Positions 39,498 through 51,682 of a DNA stretch of 64,000 nt are shown one piece after another (position 1 is the first letter of the stretch; each line of letters opens with the position of its first letter). Source of the stretch: Hyphochytrium catenoides (Eukaryota > Protista > Hyphochytriomycota); NCBI GenBank assembly GCA_900088475.1, contig FLMG01003947.1, positions 62,001-126,000 on the forward strand, given 5' to 3'. Below the pieces are notes generated by a model. It made no database searches and had not been told where the DNA came from. It saw nothing but the letters and a program-made list of their open reading frames with translations. Both the position numbers and the translations under genes were made by a program.

Positions 39498-42400
39498 CTA
39501 AGAGGTAGTGAGCTGGCGTAGACAGATGACCCAATCCATGGCGTCATTTTGACTCTGACACTGGAAAGACTGCTTGGAGGATCCTTCAGTCCGACCCAAC
39601 ATACGCATCATTGTCCCAGCCTTCACGACCTACCGCCGCATCGGCAGAGCAAAGGTCAGGACCATTTTTTTAGCACTTAAGGAGCTCAAGAAGAGGCAGA
39701 CGTAGGGATAGATCGCCAGAGTGCGGTGCAAATAGTCAGGCACTTGGGAGAGAAGACTGTCAGAGCATAGATGCAAGAAGGATTCGAGCGCAAGAATAAG
39801 TCTTGGTGATCATTTCTTACCGTTTCTACCTCGAATGTACTCTGCAACGTGGAAGAAAATGAGACTTGAGAGTGAGGGAGGAAGACGGAGAGTCTGAGCG
39901 AGGATTGTATCTGGCCAGAGTTCTGAGGAGAAGAAGACTTTTCTTCGCCTTTCTCCTGCTTGTCAAGCCCTAACGAAAGCCTTCTTTCGATACCACTAAA
40001 GAGCTTTAAAGCACCAGCTTCAGGGGCTGGGATGGCCAAAGGTAGAAGTGCTGTGTCTACCAAGTCCTCCTTTGTCTGGCCCTCCGGTTGAGACTCGAGG
40101 TCAATGACATGGAGGAACCTATAAAGCTCTTGTCAGAGAACATTACCATGGACTATGGCGTTAGACCCTTCTACTGCACACTAGGACAGTCCACTTTTAT
40201 GTACTCTCCATGAACTTGGGTGGCCGACAGGCGGAAAGACCTTGCCTACTTTCTAGGTCCTTCGCGATATAAGCTACTTTACTCTCTACCAGCTTACCTG
40301 TCCTGAGTGACTATGCAAATGCAGTCTTTCCAGTTCTTAGTGATGCCCGCGACGGTGTACTTGCGCTTCAGGATGCCATGCTTTATAACCTGGAGAAGAG
40401 GAGAAGAATAGACACATTACACTTGCTCTCCTCTCCAGCACTTCTAAACCCTCTGCCCCCTGCCATTTTGCAGGTACTCTTCTATATCCTATCTCAGGAC
40501 CCTCCTGCAAGAAGGTCATTTCTTTCGTTCTCGCCGTTCCCTTGTACATACCAATGGACTGATGAGTGCTGACTTGGCCACCGGGAACAGCTCTAAACTC
40601 TCTCCGCTTTGGAGGAGCCGAAGTCGCTCTACAGGCTAGAGCAATTTGAAAATGAATGGGCTGTGGTGAGGATACGGACTGACCGGGTGGATTTTGAGCT
40701 TAAACAACAAGCATAGCCGCAAATGCGCCTTAGAAGGGTCTTCAAAGGGCAAAGGGTGAACGAACCTTGGCAGGGAACTGGTCGAAGGCGCTCTTAAGTT
40801 CTGCTTCTGCTTCAAGTTCCTAGTTCAATTGGAATCATCATGGGTAAACAGCAGCATGGGCAAGCAGTACCACGGACTATCAGAGTAGGGCAGCCACTTT
40901 GAAGACGAAGTGGGAACTAGAGGAATGGGTTTGGCAGCTCTCCTTCGGAGGGGCATAATGCGATCCAAAACGGAGTGCGGGTAAAATCTTGGTGTGGAAA
41001 ACGGTGAAGAGAACCCTGAAGGAGAGTGCGACGCAAGGGTATACTCTACCTGCTCTTCTAGCGCCTCTGTGCTGCTCACAGGGCTCCACAGAATGTTATA
41101 TTGCTTCTGATACCATGATATGGACTTCAGCGATAACTCTATTCTATTTCTCTCTAGAGACTGGGCAGAACGCGCATACGTCAATGAACGGGATCTCCAC
41201 GGGACCAAGACAGAAGGAGGAGTGGCGGCGCTGACATTTGGCGTATGACTCACCTTATATTCCTCAACGATCTGCGCCATACCCGCAAGATACTGCTGAT
41301 GAAACTTCCTTAGCCTGTTTGCCCCCACGGAGTATTTCGCTTCGTGAAGCCACAAATCCTTCCGGACTCCTCGATTTGTTGACCGAATCACAGCCTTTGT
41401 ACAGCGAGATGGTAGGGAGGACGAAAAGAGGGATGAGACAAGTGGCATAAAAAAGCGATTGTACGTGACCAATCTATCCTAGACCAGCACACGTGTGTTG
41501 ATGCTATAGGATCTGTGTAGGACAAACTCGTCTAGAGTAGCGACAGGGGGCACCAGGAGGGACGGTATAGTGCGTATGTGCCGGAGGTTCAAGCCTCGAG
41601 ACGAACTAAACGAATGAATATAAGACGATGGTACCATTTCTCTAAAAAGCGCGTCAAAGTCAGAAAAGTTGATCAGCTCTCGCTGAAGAATGTGCGCCAG
41701 CTCCTTGTCAAGCTGTTCTCCTTTTTCTAGCAGTGCTGTTACTCGCTCTTCATAGCCGGAAACCATCTTGTCTAGATATCCATCAAGAACCTCGCTAGAG
41801 GAGAGAGCTAGTGCGTTAGTAATAAACCCAGCCAAAATGGCTAAGAAGAAGACGATTACGGCCAGCCAAAATGGCTGAGAAGAAGGAAAACATTAGTGCT
41901 GCTGTGGCTTTCCATGGAGCTCATTTGTACCTTTCTAATTGGTCTGCGTGTTGCAAGAGGTTCTCCGCTACTTTTGAGCTCTGGTTGGTTAGCTTCTGCA
42001 TCGTTTGCTCCAGACCGTTGGTCGGGTCGATGGTGGCAGAAGACGATGAGAGCGAAGAAAGGCTAGCTGTCATCCCTCTTGCATAACTTCGATCCTAGAA
42101 GGAGGCGAAGACGAGAGTGAAAGGAGAGAGCGAGGATTGTTACAGTCTTCCAGCAGCAAGAAAGGAAAAGAATCTGGGAAAAGACAACGAGGGATTCCCA
42201 GAAGAGGGAGAGGATTGCTTGTGGACGTATTTAAAGAAATAGGAAGCCCTTTCCTTACCGCTTCCATTCGGCTACCCAGGAACTTCCTCAACTTCTTATT
42301 CGCGTCCATACCGGCCTTCATCCTCATCACCAGCGCCATCCATAGCTCCCTGTCATCTTCTACGTGTTCAGCCACGAGCTGCTTCCTCCGCAGCTCAAAG

Positions 42401-43221
42401 TCGTGCAATTGGTTGCTGCAAACTTCCTTGTTCCGCCATAGAAGAGTATCAGGAACGGCAGGAACCTCCTCGGCAAGAAGCTCTGCACCTCCCTCTCTGC
42501 TAGAAATGGAGGAAGATGCTGAAGAGACGAAGGACGTAAAGCTCATGGTCTTAGGAACGTCAGCGCCGTCTGATCCTTCAGTAGATCCCTCTGTGTCTGG
42601 CCCTTCCTTCTTGTCATCTCTCTTTTTGGCTGACGATGCGGAGGATTTAGCTGCTGCTAGACCTCTCGCCATCACTTTCTTCCCCTCAGCACTTGTAGCC
42701 GAGGCAACAGCCTTCATTCGGCTGGCCGTTGCGGAGACCCTAGCCTTCATCAAGCCACCGAGGCCCTGAATGCGTGACTTCGCACTGCTTGTGCCCTGCG
42801 ACCCACCGTCGTCCTCCTTCTCCACCTGGAGAACCTCCTCTGGCACCGGCTCCAAAGGAGCAGAGTCGGGAGAGCCCAGGGAGCCCTCATCCTGGTCCAT
42901 AGGAGCACCGCTCGCCAGGACTTGCTCTGTCTCTCCAGCGACTTCGTCGTGGCCCATCTCGAAAGCATCTTTCGTACTGGTAGCACTATGGCTAGCAGCG
43001 GCGGCAATAGGAGAGGAGAATTCTTCAACGACGGGGTCATCAGCAGGAATTCGTAAGGAAGATCGCCGTTCTGTCTCTACAGGGTCCACGAACTCGTCAA
43101 ACTCTTCATCAACAGTGGAAGGAAGTGAAGGCGCTGCCTCCGGCGGAGCATCAGCCTCCATGGCCCCAATAAAAGAAGGAGCACTGGGACTAGGTACCGA
43201 AGCAGGAGCACTGGTGGCCAT
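39498..43221 (-). CDS. BAR/F-BAR-like helical domain plus C-terminal PH domain protein with a long acidic disordered N-terminus
   Basis: Large first exon 42260-43221. Helical exons (LVMRMKAGMDANKKLRKFL; YLDKMVSGYEERVTALLEKGEQL; KDLWLHEAKY). PH: VIKHGILKRKYTVAGITKNWKDCICIVTQDRFLHVID..SFQCQSQNDAMDWVICL*. Confidence 0.7.
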
Positions 43222-43936
43222 GGCAGGAGTTGCAGTCGCTAATGGACAAGGCTTCGCTCCAAAACACTAGATGCTCCTGCTCCTCCTCGCCAGCTAGTAA
43301 GGCCCTTTAGTGCCTAGTCTGGAGCTGCGCGCTTTCCTCAAGGAAGTGATGCTATGAGGCTAACGAAAAGAGACTCTGTGCCTCGTTCTCTGACGCTCGG
43401 CCGTCCATCTATCAGCTAGACAAGAGTAAACGGCAAGAGAAGGAAGAATCAGACCATCTGCGGTCTCCTCCTCGCTGCTGTTAGAGCTTCTGATGACTCG
43501 GCCTGCTTGTGTGGGAGCTCCTGTCCGACCTCGAAGCTTTCTTTCTCTCACCGAGAGGGAAGAGGAAGGACAGAGGGAAACGGGAGGAAAAGAACCAAAA
43601 ACGCCCCACATCAATACGTTACCGGCTCCATGAGGACAGGGGGGAAGTCCGTCACCGCCAAGGATCAAATGAGGGATTATCTCTGTAGTACAGTAATCAA
43701 TAAGCTATTGACAACTCCGGGGGGAGGAGAGAATCAAGAACCAAGGAGCCAAGAAGAGGGTTTTCGCCTTGCCCTTGACACCAAGAAGTTTGTGCTGGCG
43801 TTGTCTGCAAATGAAGCTTTATTAAAAAAAATTATGCAGTTCCCAAAGCTTCAGAGATCGGTGCGGACATATTTCCGCATCCGCATCCAAGCCCAGAACG
43901 CTTGGTAAGAGGGAGATACAGATTCCAGGATTGACA

Positions 43937-44527
43937 ATGAATACACTTGTAGCAGCTGCCGGGCGTTCTGCCCAAATGCTACCCATGTTTATGTCCCAGA
44001 CCGCCAGCAGAAGCTCACCATTGCTAACTCATCGTCCCACATCAGTGAGCTTACTGCAACCGCTGGCGAGGAGTCTACCAAGCGGTACCAAACAACCCTA
44101 TTATTTTCTTGATTCGCTATTGTTATCTTCTCTTACTCCCTTTTATTCGATACCTCTGCTTGGGCTCCTCTATAACTTGACAGATTTTAACGGCGTGGCT
44201 TCCATACTGCCGTCATTAGTCGAGGGCAGTCCTATTCTGGAGGCAATGAATAGAAATGCGCGGAAGCCAAGAAGGGTGAGTCGTCAACGAAGAGTGATCT
44301 TAAGTGGTGCATATTGCCTGTTAAGAGTGTCCTAAATGCCCTCCCGGTCCTCTCTGAATACTGTTGGGAGTGGCTCCCTACACCTCCTCGATCTCTAACT
44401 AGGGTTCTTCCCATCTCTCGCTTCCTCTGTCTTATTATGGTGCACTTTCTCCGTCTTTTAGGCAAATCGAGGGAAGCGCCCGGTTTCAAACTGGAGAAGG
44501 CGCTCAAAGCGCCCTAAGAGGGTCTAA
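43937..44527 (+). CDS. Small, probably mitochondrial protein with a very basic C-terminal peptide (mitoribosomal-like)
   Basis: Presequence-like N-terminus. Spliced C-terminus ILEAMNRNARKPRR/ANRGKRPVSNWRRRSKRPKRV* via intron ~44276-44461. Confidence 0.65.
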
Positions 44528-44653
44528 GACTGAATAACAACCACCTGCTCTCGGGCACCACCTCCAGGTAGATTAGGGGATGTGTAACACCGCTGGACAG
44601 CTTTTGTCGATGACATTAGTATACAGCTAACACCGCTCAAGAAAGCAGCTAGA

Positions 44654-46937
44654 TTACATAGTTTGAATCAGTCTGGCGACAATTTCCTTAACCTTACTCT
44701 TCTTGTCAAGAAGACCGGGCCCGAAATCCTCTTGCAGTTTGCTGAGCAACATTTTTAGCGTGAAGCTTGAGATGTCAATAGACTGCATGATTTCCCTGGT
44801 CTTCTCTTCAAGGACCTCATCTATGACACACAACACTCGCGTCAGGGAAATCATAAAGGAGAGTACAAGCAGAGGGCTTGCTAGTTACCTAGAATTTCGG
44901 TGGACTGCGATGGAGAGGGAGGACTCTGGTGAAGGTGTTCATCGTTAGTCTCCTCATTTCCCCCCGATGGCTCCTCTTCATCCTCCTCTTCCTCAGAGAG
45001 CACGATTCTGTTGACTCTTCGTCTTTGATGAGCTGGTCGAGGCTCTGGGGGGTGAATGACAAGGTTTATGAGCTTCCGGTGACACAGTAAGGGAGAGCTC
45101 TCCTCACCCACCATCTTCATGTGGCTGCTCTGTTCCTTCTTCTCCATCGCATTGCAGCGCTCTGTTGGATCTTGTTGTCTCTGCCCTCTTGTCATTGTCA
45201 CTGCTACTTGGTGATACTGAACAGTAAAAGTTCATGCAAAGGGTTACAGTAGGGACGTAGCAGTCGGGTCGCTTAGCGATACGTAAGAATTTAAGGCCTG
45301 TGACCCTCTTCTTCCGATTTTACGCACCTGAAGAGGCTGGTGGCTGGATGCTCGCATGAGAAAGCGTGGCGGTCGCTCTTTCGCTCGGCATTTGGCTACT
45401 TGCCTCTCTAACTGGTGACGAATAGGTCTCGGTGGCCTCCAGAAGAACTTCCGTCTGCATCGTACCGCCCGCCCCCGATACTGAGTTGCTGAGACTAGAT
45501 TCGAAATTCTCCGTTTGAGTGGCTTCCACCTCCATCCTTTCCGTTTGAGGGTCTTCCACTTCCATTCTTTCCGTTTGAGAGAGATCTTCTCTATAGGAGT
45601 CTGCCTCCTTGATAACTCCCTCGTTCTTCTCGGTCTCTTTCGTCTCACTTTTGTCTCCAAGTGCTCTTGATGAGGAGCTGTCTGCTACTTGTGGGTCCCC
45701 AACCTGGGACGCATTGTTTTGCCGTTGCTGTGATGGCCGTTGAGTACTTCGATCCATGGCAGTGTATTCATTGATAGTTGCACTTCGATACCTTTTCCTT
45801 CAGTTTCTCCAGCGCTCGAGCACGGTTTCTAGCAATGCGCTCTTCCGTGGTCTCTTGTGACCCGAGTTCTGATTGTAAAGCGGGCTCTGTCTCGGGTTCC
45901 ACTTGGCGATTGTCTTCCTGCGCAGGGCCGTTAAGTGAGTTACGCAGTAGCGCTAAAGACAAGCTTGAAAGGAGATGATGTCTAGAACAGCACCGGGAAG
46001 CAGTCGTGGCACAACAACCGAGCAATCCCAGCATGCACTAATCGGCCACTGACCTCATCCATTCTCATCGATGTAAGTGACGGGACTGGGGGTATATCTC
46101 GTGGAGGGAGTCCATTAGCAGCCTGAGGAGACGCAGTTATTGCCTGTCCATGTTCACGTTCACCGTCACAACCTACTCTGTATCTCTTATTCTCTCGGTC
46201 TTGGAGTTCACATAGGAAGTCCATTACCTACATGTCATAGAGATTACTTCAATCGACAAGCAAAGCGGATGAGATCTAATGCCCCAATGTAGCATCACAA
46301 GGATAAACACTATGAAAGGCGGACACGCCAATCGGAAACCGGAAGGACCACAAAGATACCACGGGACAATGAAGGTGGACTATCACTCACATGTCTCTTT
46401 CTCCCATGGCTGCTCTCAATGCGAGCGATCAAGTCTTCAAAGGCCAGTCCGGGGAAGAGGTCATAAGCCCAATCGCGGTAGCATCCCATCAGTTTTCGAA
46501 GATACTGGGACTGAGGCCACCAGGGAAGTGCAAGGTCAATAGAGCGAGCACGGTCGACCTATGGGGTGTCCCCTGAGGAGCAATGTCTCACCTCGTATCC
46601 AGGGCCCCTATAAGTGACTCTCTTCGGAAACTCTTCATATATTCTTTCAAGGCCGTTACGCTGGAGTAGGTGAGTGGGTTGAAAGGTAAGTCGTGGTTTT
46701 CTGGGCTGTTTGACTTTCACGGCTTCGACTGCTCCAGCCTGAGTCGCTCCAGGCTGCGTTGATGACGGCCGACCGTTGTCTGTGGCTTCCGCGCCATTGG
46801 CAGCTCCTGATAACAACTGTGAGGATAAGCGGATACAAGCAGTCGCATCGGAGTATCGTACCTATAAGCGACCGGATGTCGTCATCATCGTCGTCCCACA
46901 CACTATAACGTGTACTGCCGGGTGGAGGAGGAGGCAT
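44654..46937 (-). CDS. TIPIN: TIPIN/Swi3/Csm3 replication-fork protection protein with a C-terminal DEK-C-like domain
   Basis: RKPRLTFQPTHLLQRNGLERIYEEF..YRGPGYE/SQYLRKLMGCYRDWAYDLFPGLAFEDLIARIE is the Swi3 domain. EERIARNRARALEKL. Last exon DEVLEEKTREIMQSIDISSFTLKMLLSKLQEDFG..LLDKKSKVKEIV. Confidence 0.85.
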
Positions 46938-47367
46938 TCTGCTCAGTCTTGTTGAACACTATTAGCTTGGCAATTCCACTCCCAATGGCGTTGCTTTGAG
47001 ACGCTCACTTGTCCAAGCGTTTCTGGGTCACTGGCAGCACTCCTAAGGGATCTCTTGGCATACAAGACGGCCTAGATGTCCTGCTTTATCGTGCCGCTAC
47101 TGCTCGAACCTGCCGGAGATGGCGGGGTGAAGCGAGCATCATTCTACCACTAACTGGTGATGATCGTCATCTCTGTAGCGTTTCTTTTGTATTTGGCGCG
47201 AAAACTATCTATTTATCTAGAATAATAACCAGTCTTCAGATTGGTTCTGGCTGATAACAACCCCACTATTCTGAATTTACCTTGAGAAGCTTTCTTGATG
47301 AGTAAAAGTCTTCTTTCCTTTCTACATCAATAACCAACACAAAGCACTTACAAAGTACACAGTTTAT

Positions 47368-49072
47368 TTAATAGCGGCGACCTCCGCCATAGCGATCGCG
47401 AGAGCGGCTACGATTGGATCTCCTGCTGTTCTCGCGATAGTCCCTAGAGTCTCTTCGTCCTCGGGACGCAGAGTCTGTTCGACGATAATGGCGGTCTCTG
47501 TCATTATCTCGCCGATCATCTCTTCTACCGTCCCGATTATCTTCTTTGGCTCTTTCCCTATCCCTGCTGTGCTCCCGGTTGCGGCGCTCATCACGAGCCT
47601 CACTTCCTTCGCCTCTACCGTCATTGTTAACACGCTCTCTGCTGCGGCTTCGACTGTTGCTGGGCTTGGAGTGTTTGCTATCATCCTGGTGATTCTCTAA
47701 TCTGGAGCCTAGCGCTGACATGCTTTTGGCACTATCACCATTTGATTCCGCAGGCGAGAGTCCTTGCGATCTGAGCTCCGGGATGCCAACATCCGGGTTG
47801 ATAGAGCTGCAGCAAGAGTCGCTGAGAAATACAAGGTCGCGGGCCTAATCCAAACAGAATGCACCTGTATGTCGCCTGAAGCCTTGCCAGGGCAGCAGCT
47901 TGTTTAGCTTTCCTATCTTGTTCCCTTTTCGATCCCTAACAAAGTTCAATGAGAAAGGGTCATGCTCTCATAGCAAGGGTCATAGTCATCACCTTCTTTC
48001 TCCCAAAATCGTCGTAACCATCCTCAGCAACTTCATTTTTCGTCCCTGAAGCCCTGAAGAGAAGCCATAATCAGTGCCATAAAAGTAGTCAGCACTAGGT
48101 GGCATATGTGTCCTTACCTTTCTTGACGTTCATTGAAGCCACCGCCAACACCATCCCTATGCTCAATCTGAGGAGAAGGCGAGCCACTCCAGTCAGTCAA
48201 TCAGTCTCTCAACGTAGAGCTCTGCTATTACTCTAGACACCCTACATGCTGTCCAGGCTTGGGGGCTTTGCACACATTGCACTCTAGTCTCCTCTCCCAA
48301 TTGACGTTGCCGCACCTTCAGTGATAGGGAATGTTAGGGGTATCGGTAGCTTTTCCACCAACGAAGAGAGACCACAAGCTTACATTAGACAAGACCAGTC
48401 ACCCTTTTTGAATAGCCCTGGAGGACCTCCTAGCCCTAGGGAGAGTCGCAGTTCAAGGTTTAAGCTGTAGGATGGGGTGCGATTGGACATACCTGGCTCT
48501 TTTTTCTGAGGTCGCTCAGTTCCAGGTTTTGGTGTCTGGCAGATGTTGCAAGCGTTACGACGTGCAAAGTTGATGTTTCCGCAACTATGTGCCGGAGATA
48601 AGTGTTAGTGCAATGATTTATGTCAGCTGGGTGGGGGCATCGAGGGACTTACCCCTCGTTTGGGCATCTCCAATCCCCTTCGCCCATTTGGAATCCTCCT
48701 CTCCCAGCGCCACGTCCTCGACCACCACCGGGGAATGACCCACCACTGCCGGCTAACCCCAGCGGACCCTCACCACCTCCCAATCCTCTGCCTCCGGCAC
48801 CGCTAGAAAGCGGGGCATCAAGGTCTTGCGCAGAAAAGAGTGGAATGCCTCCTCCCCGTCCTCGACCTCTACCAGCTGGCGAAGGACCAGCTGCCGGACC
48901 AAACCCAGCTGTGTTATCACCGTCATCGTAATGAGGTTGTGGGTGTGCGCTGTGGCCGGGACCCGTCTCGTGGCCTCCATATTGGGGTGCGTTATGGAAT
49001 TGTTCGGGTTCTGGTTAATAAGAGTGTTAGCTGGTGCGTCACGAAATCCCGCGATCGGAACTCACCAGTCAT
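47368..49072 (-). CDS. ZRANB2: Splicing regulator with two RanBP2-type zinc fingers, RGG region and RS/RD tail
   Basis: [68 protein letters not shown]; C-terminal RSRSRER/RD repeats. Confidence 0.9.
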
Positions 49073-49704
49073 CTTGTTATGTCTCGACCCTAGTCTTAGT
49101 CAATCGGATTAACCTCGAATAGGAACAAATGATCAGCCTCTGCAGGTGAGATGCCCACAGAGAACTTTTGCAGACTGTTGCGGTCTAATCACCTGACCTT
49201 TCCTTGACATCAAGGGAATCCGCAGATCCGCAGAGATGCAGCGGATTATAAAAAAGCATGATCAATCACATACACAGAGACCTCACTTCTCCAGACCGAG
49301 AGCTGCTAACCGAAGCTCTGCCCTTATTGCGGCTAACGGCTATCCTTATGAGACAACGATAAACTTACCCCCACCCTATACAGCTGCTAACAGCGCACAG
49401 CCATGTCGAAGGTCCCTTGCGTGCTGTTGCTGGTGGAGGTCACCACATCATCAGAGTGAAGGTCAGCCCTCCTCATGCTAATAAGAGAGAATAAGAAGAG
49501 CTCTATAAGAAGCCTTTCGAAGACTTCTGAAGTCTGAAGCCCCACAGATGAAAATTGCTGTCACTCATCGTCTTGATCAGATTCCAGACTGCTACAGGGA
49601 GCTCACAAAGATTGGAGATCTTGCAGAAGTGCTAAGACTTTGGCGAGACCCGCTCGAGCACCCACAGGTATAGGAGAGGCAGGAGCACGTGTTGGTCACG
49701 AATC

Positions 49705-50768
49705 ATGAAGATTTTGGTACTTGGAGGGTCAGGCTTCATCGGTCCCCACTTCGTCCGAGAGGCCCTGACCAGAGGACATGAGGTCACAGTTTTTAATCGC
49801 GGCACGAGTAATGACAGGCTGAAGGAGACAGCAAAAGAGGTAGACGCTGGTGACCGCTTGGACTTTCTCCTGGGAGATCGCTTGAAGGGAGAGCTAACAT
49901 CCTTGAATGAAGACGACCAGAGGCAGTGGGATGCCGTCATCGACACGTGCGCCTATGTACCCCGAGTTGTCCGTGATGTACTGGAAACCCTCAGCCATCG
50001 GGTCAAGCTGTATGTTTTTATCTCAACCGTGAGCGTGTACCATGGGCACTGGGACGTGCATGGACTGGATGAGACGGGCCAATGGCCACTCTAGAGGATA
50101 AGACGACTGAAGACATTACCCCTGATACATACGGAGCCCTCAAGGTTCTGTGTGAAGCGGAGGTAATCAAAGCCACCCGTCCGCAGCACCGCGGAGCGTC
50201 GGCGGACTCAGATGGTGTTCCAAGAGCCCAGCACTTAATCTTGCGACCCGGTATTATCGTGGGCCCTGGTGATAGCACCGATAGGTTCACCTATTGGGTG
50301 ACGAGAATTGCCGAAGGTGGCGAAGTGCTTGTGGCCGGTAAGGATAGTGCTCCCGTTCAATACATTGACGTCAGAGATCTTGCTACCTGGACCCTGGAGA
50401 TTATGGAAAGCCAGACTTCCGGTATTTTCAACTGCGTGGGTCCGCAAGAGCTGGTGACAATTGCAGACCTACTTACAAGGATTCGAGATATCACGGGCAG
50501 TGATGCAAAATTTACATGGGTTGATGAGGGTTATATAGAATCTGAGGGGGTTAAGCTGCCACTCTGCCTAAAGCCAGAGCAGTACGGAGTGTTCAAAGTC
50601 AACAACTCAAAGGCCTTGAAAGCTGGTCTCAAGCTGAGGCCTGACGAGAATATTGTCCGAGACACCTTGCAGTGGAAGCGCCAAAGCAGCCCTAACGAGA
50701 TGAAGGCTGGCATAAGCAAAGAGAAAGAGGAGGAACTTCTGAGGAAGTGGCACGCAGGAGCAGCTTGA
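49705..50768 (+). pseudogene. Intronless bacterial-type NAD(P)-dependent epimerase/isoflavone-reductase-like SDR with one frameshift (~50080); a pseudogene or a sequencing error
   Basis: MKILVLGGSGFIG..HEVTVFNRG..WDAVIDTCAYVPR..YVFISTVSVY in one frame continues as MATLED..TYGALKVLCE..LRPGIIVGPGD..RFTYWVTRI..QYIDVRDLA in the -1 frame. No intron fits at the junction. Confidence 0.85.
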
Positions 50769-51237
50769 CAGAGATATTTAGTCACGGCCTCACAGTACAG
50801 CTGTGAAAAGGGGCCGCCAGTAATAAAGGTAAGGACACAAGCCCACTTGGAAGGGCAGAGATATCTGGCGCTTTGTCAACCTCTCCGCTAATGCCTTGAA
50901 CATTGCTCTAACTCCCTCCTTCCAGTTAAGGTTGTTTCTAGCAGTACAACTTAAGATTGAGTTAATGCAAGTGGGAGTCTCCTCCATGCTTTGCTCGTCC
51001 CTATTGTGGTGCAAATGGACCTCGTTGCGGGGGTGGAGCTCTGAACAGCAATTATCTTGAATGTGCTTTGACCAAACTATCGCTTATGTATGTGAGATGC
51101 CTCAGCGTTCTAAAGAAGGCAATAGAGGGATCATCGCCGAAGCACATAGTAAGAACCAATAAGGCTTATAAATAAATAGGTGCATAAGAAATGGCGCTTG
51201 GGTTAGGATTGCTATAGCCTTCGTGCCTATCTGCCGC

Positions 51238-51682
51238 CTAGGTCACAAGTTCCGCGATCTCGTCGAGTTCTTCAAGATTGAGACCCGACAGCATATCCAG
51301 GTGAGACTAGAGTGGCAGAGACTTTGGTACCAAATACTACGAGTCTGTGCTAAATACGTCACACTGCCTACCTTCTCCGCGACTGCTCTCGCCTTACGAG
51401 CACCTTCAGGACCGTAGTATACTCGAAGATATCGCTCGAAAGCTGGCCAGAAAGCACTACTGTCATCAAATTTTGGGATGTCTCGTGGTCCACTAGCTCT
51501 GGTGGCGGAAAACTCCTCACCCTCGACCTATGCAGACCAGAGAGTTGATCAGTCACCTATGCCTTACGGCTGTAGCGTATACTCAAGCTTCTTACCGTCG
51601 AGTTCCATTGGACCCTGCAATAGTTCTTTCTCCTAACTACCTTGTACTTCTGAAGCTCTTGCTGGAAGGTCTCATAATCCAT
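51238..51682 (-). CDS. Small hypothetical protein (~105 aa, 3 exons), not in the ORF track
   Basis: MDYETFQQELQKYKVVRRKNYCRVQWNST / VEGEEF..FWPAFERYLRVYYGPEGARKARAVAEK / SHLDMLSGLNLEELDEIAELVT*; canonical phase-0 GT-AG introns. Confidence 0.75.

Noticed and set aside
7301-46937. Apparent functional cluster of cell-cycle and repair genes (cyclin A, RAD52, MYB3R, TIPIN)
   Set aside because: Interspersed with unrelated housekeeping genes; no evidence beyond chance co-location.
50070-50095. Programmed -1 ribosomal frameshift in the SDR gene
   Set aside because: No X-XXY-YYZ slippery heptamer; a simple 1-nt loss explains it better.
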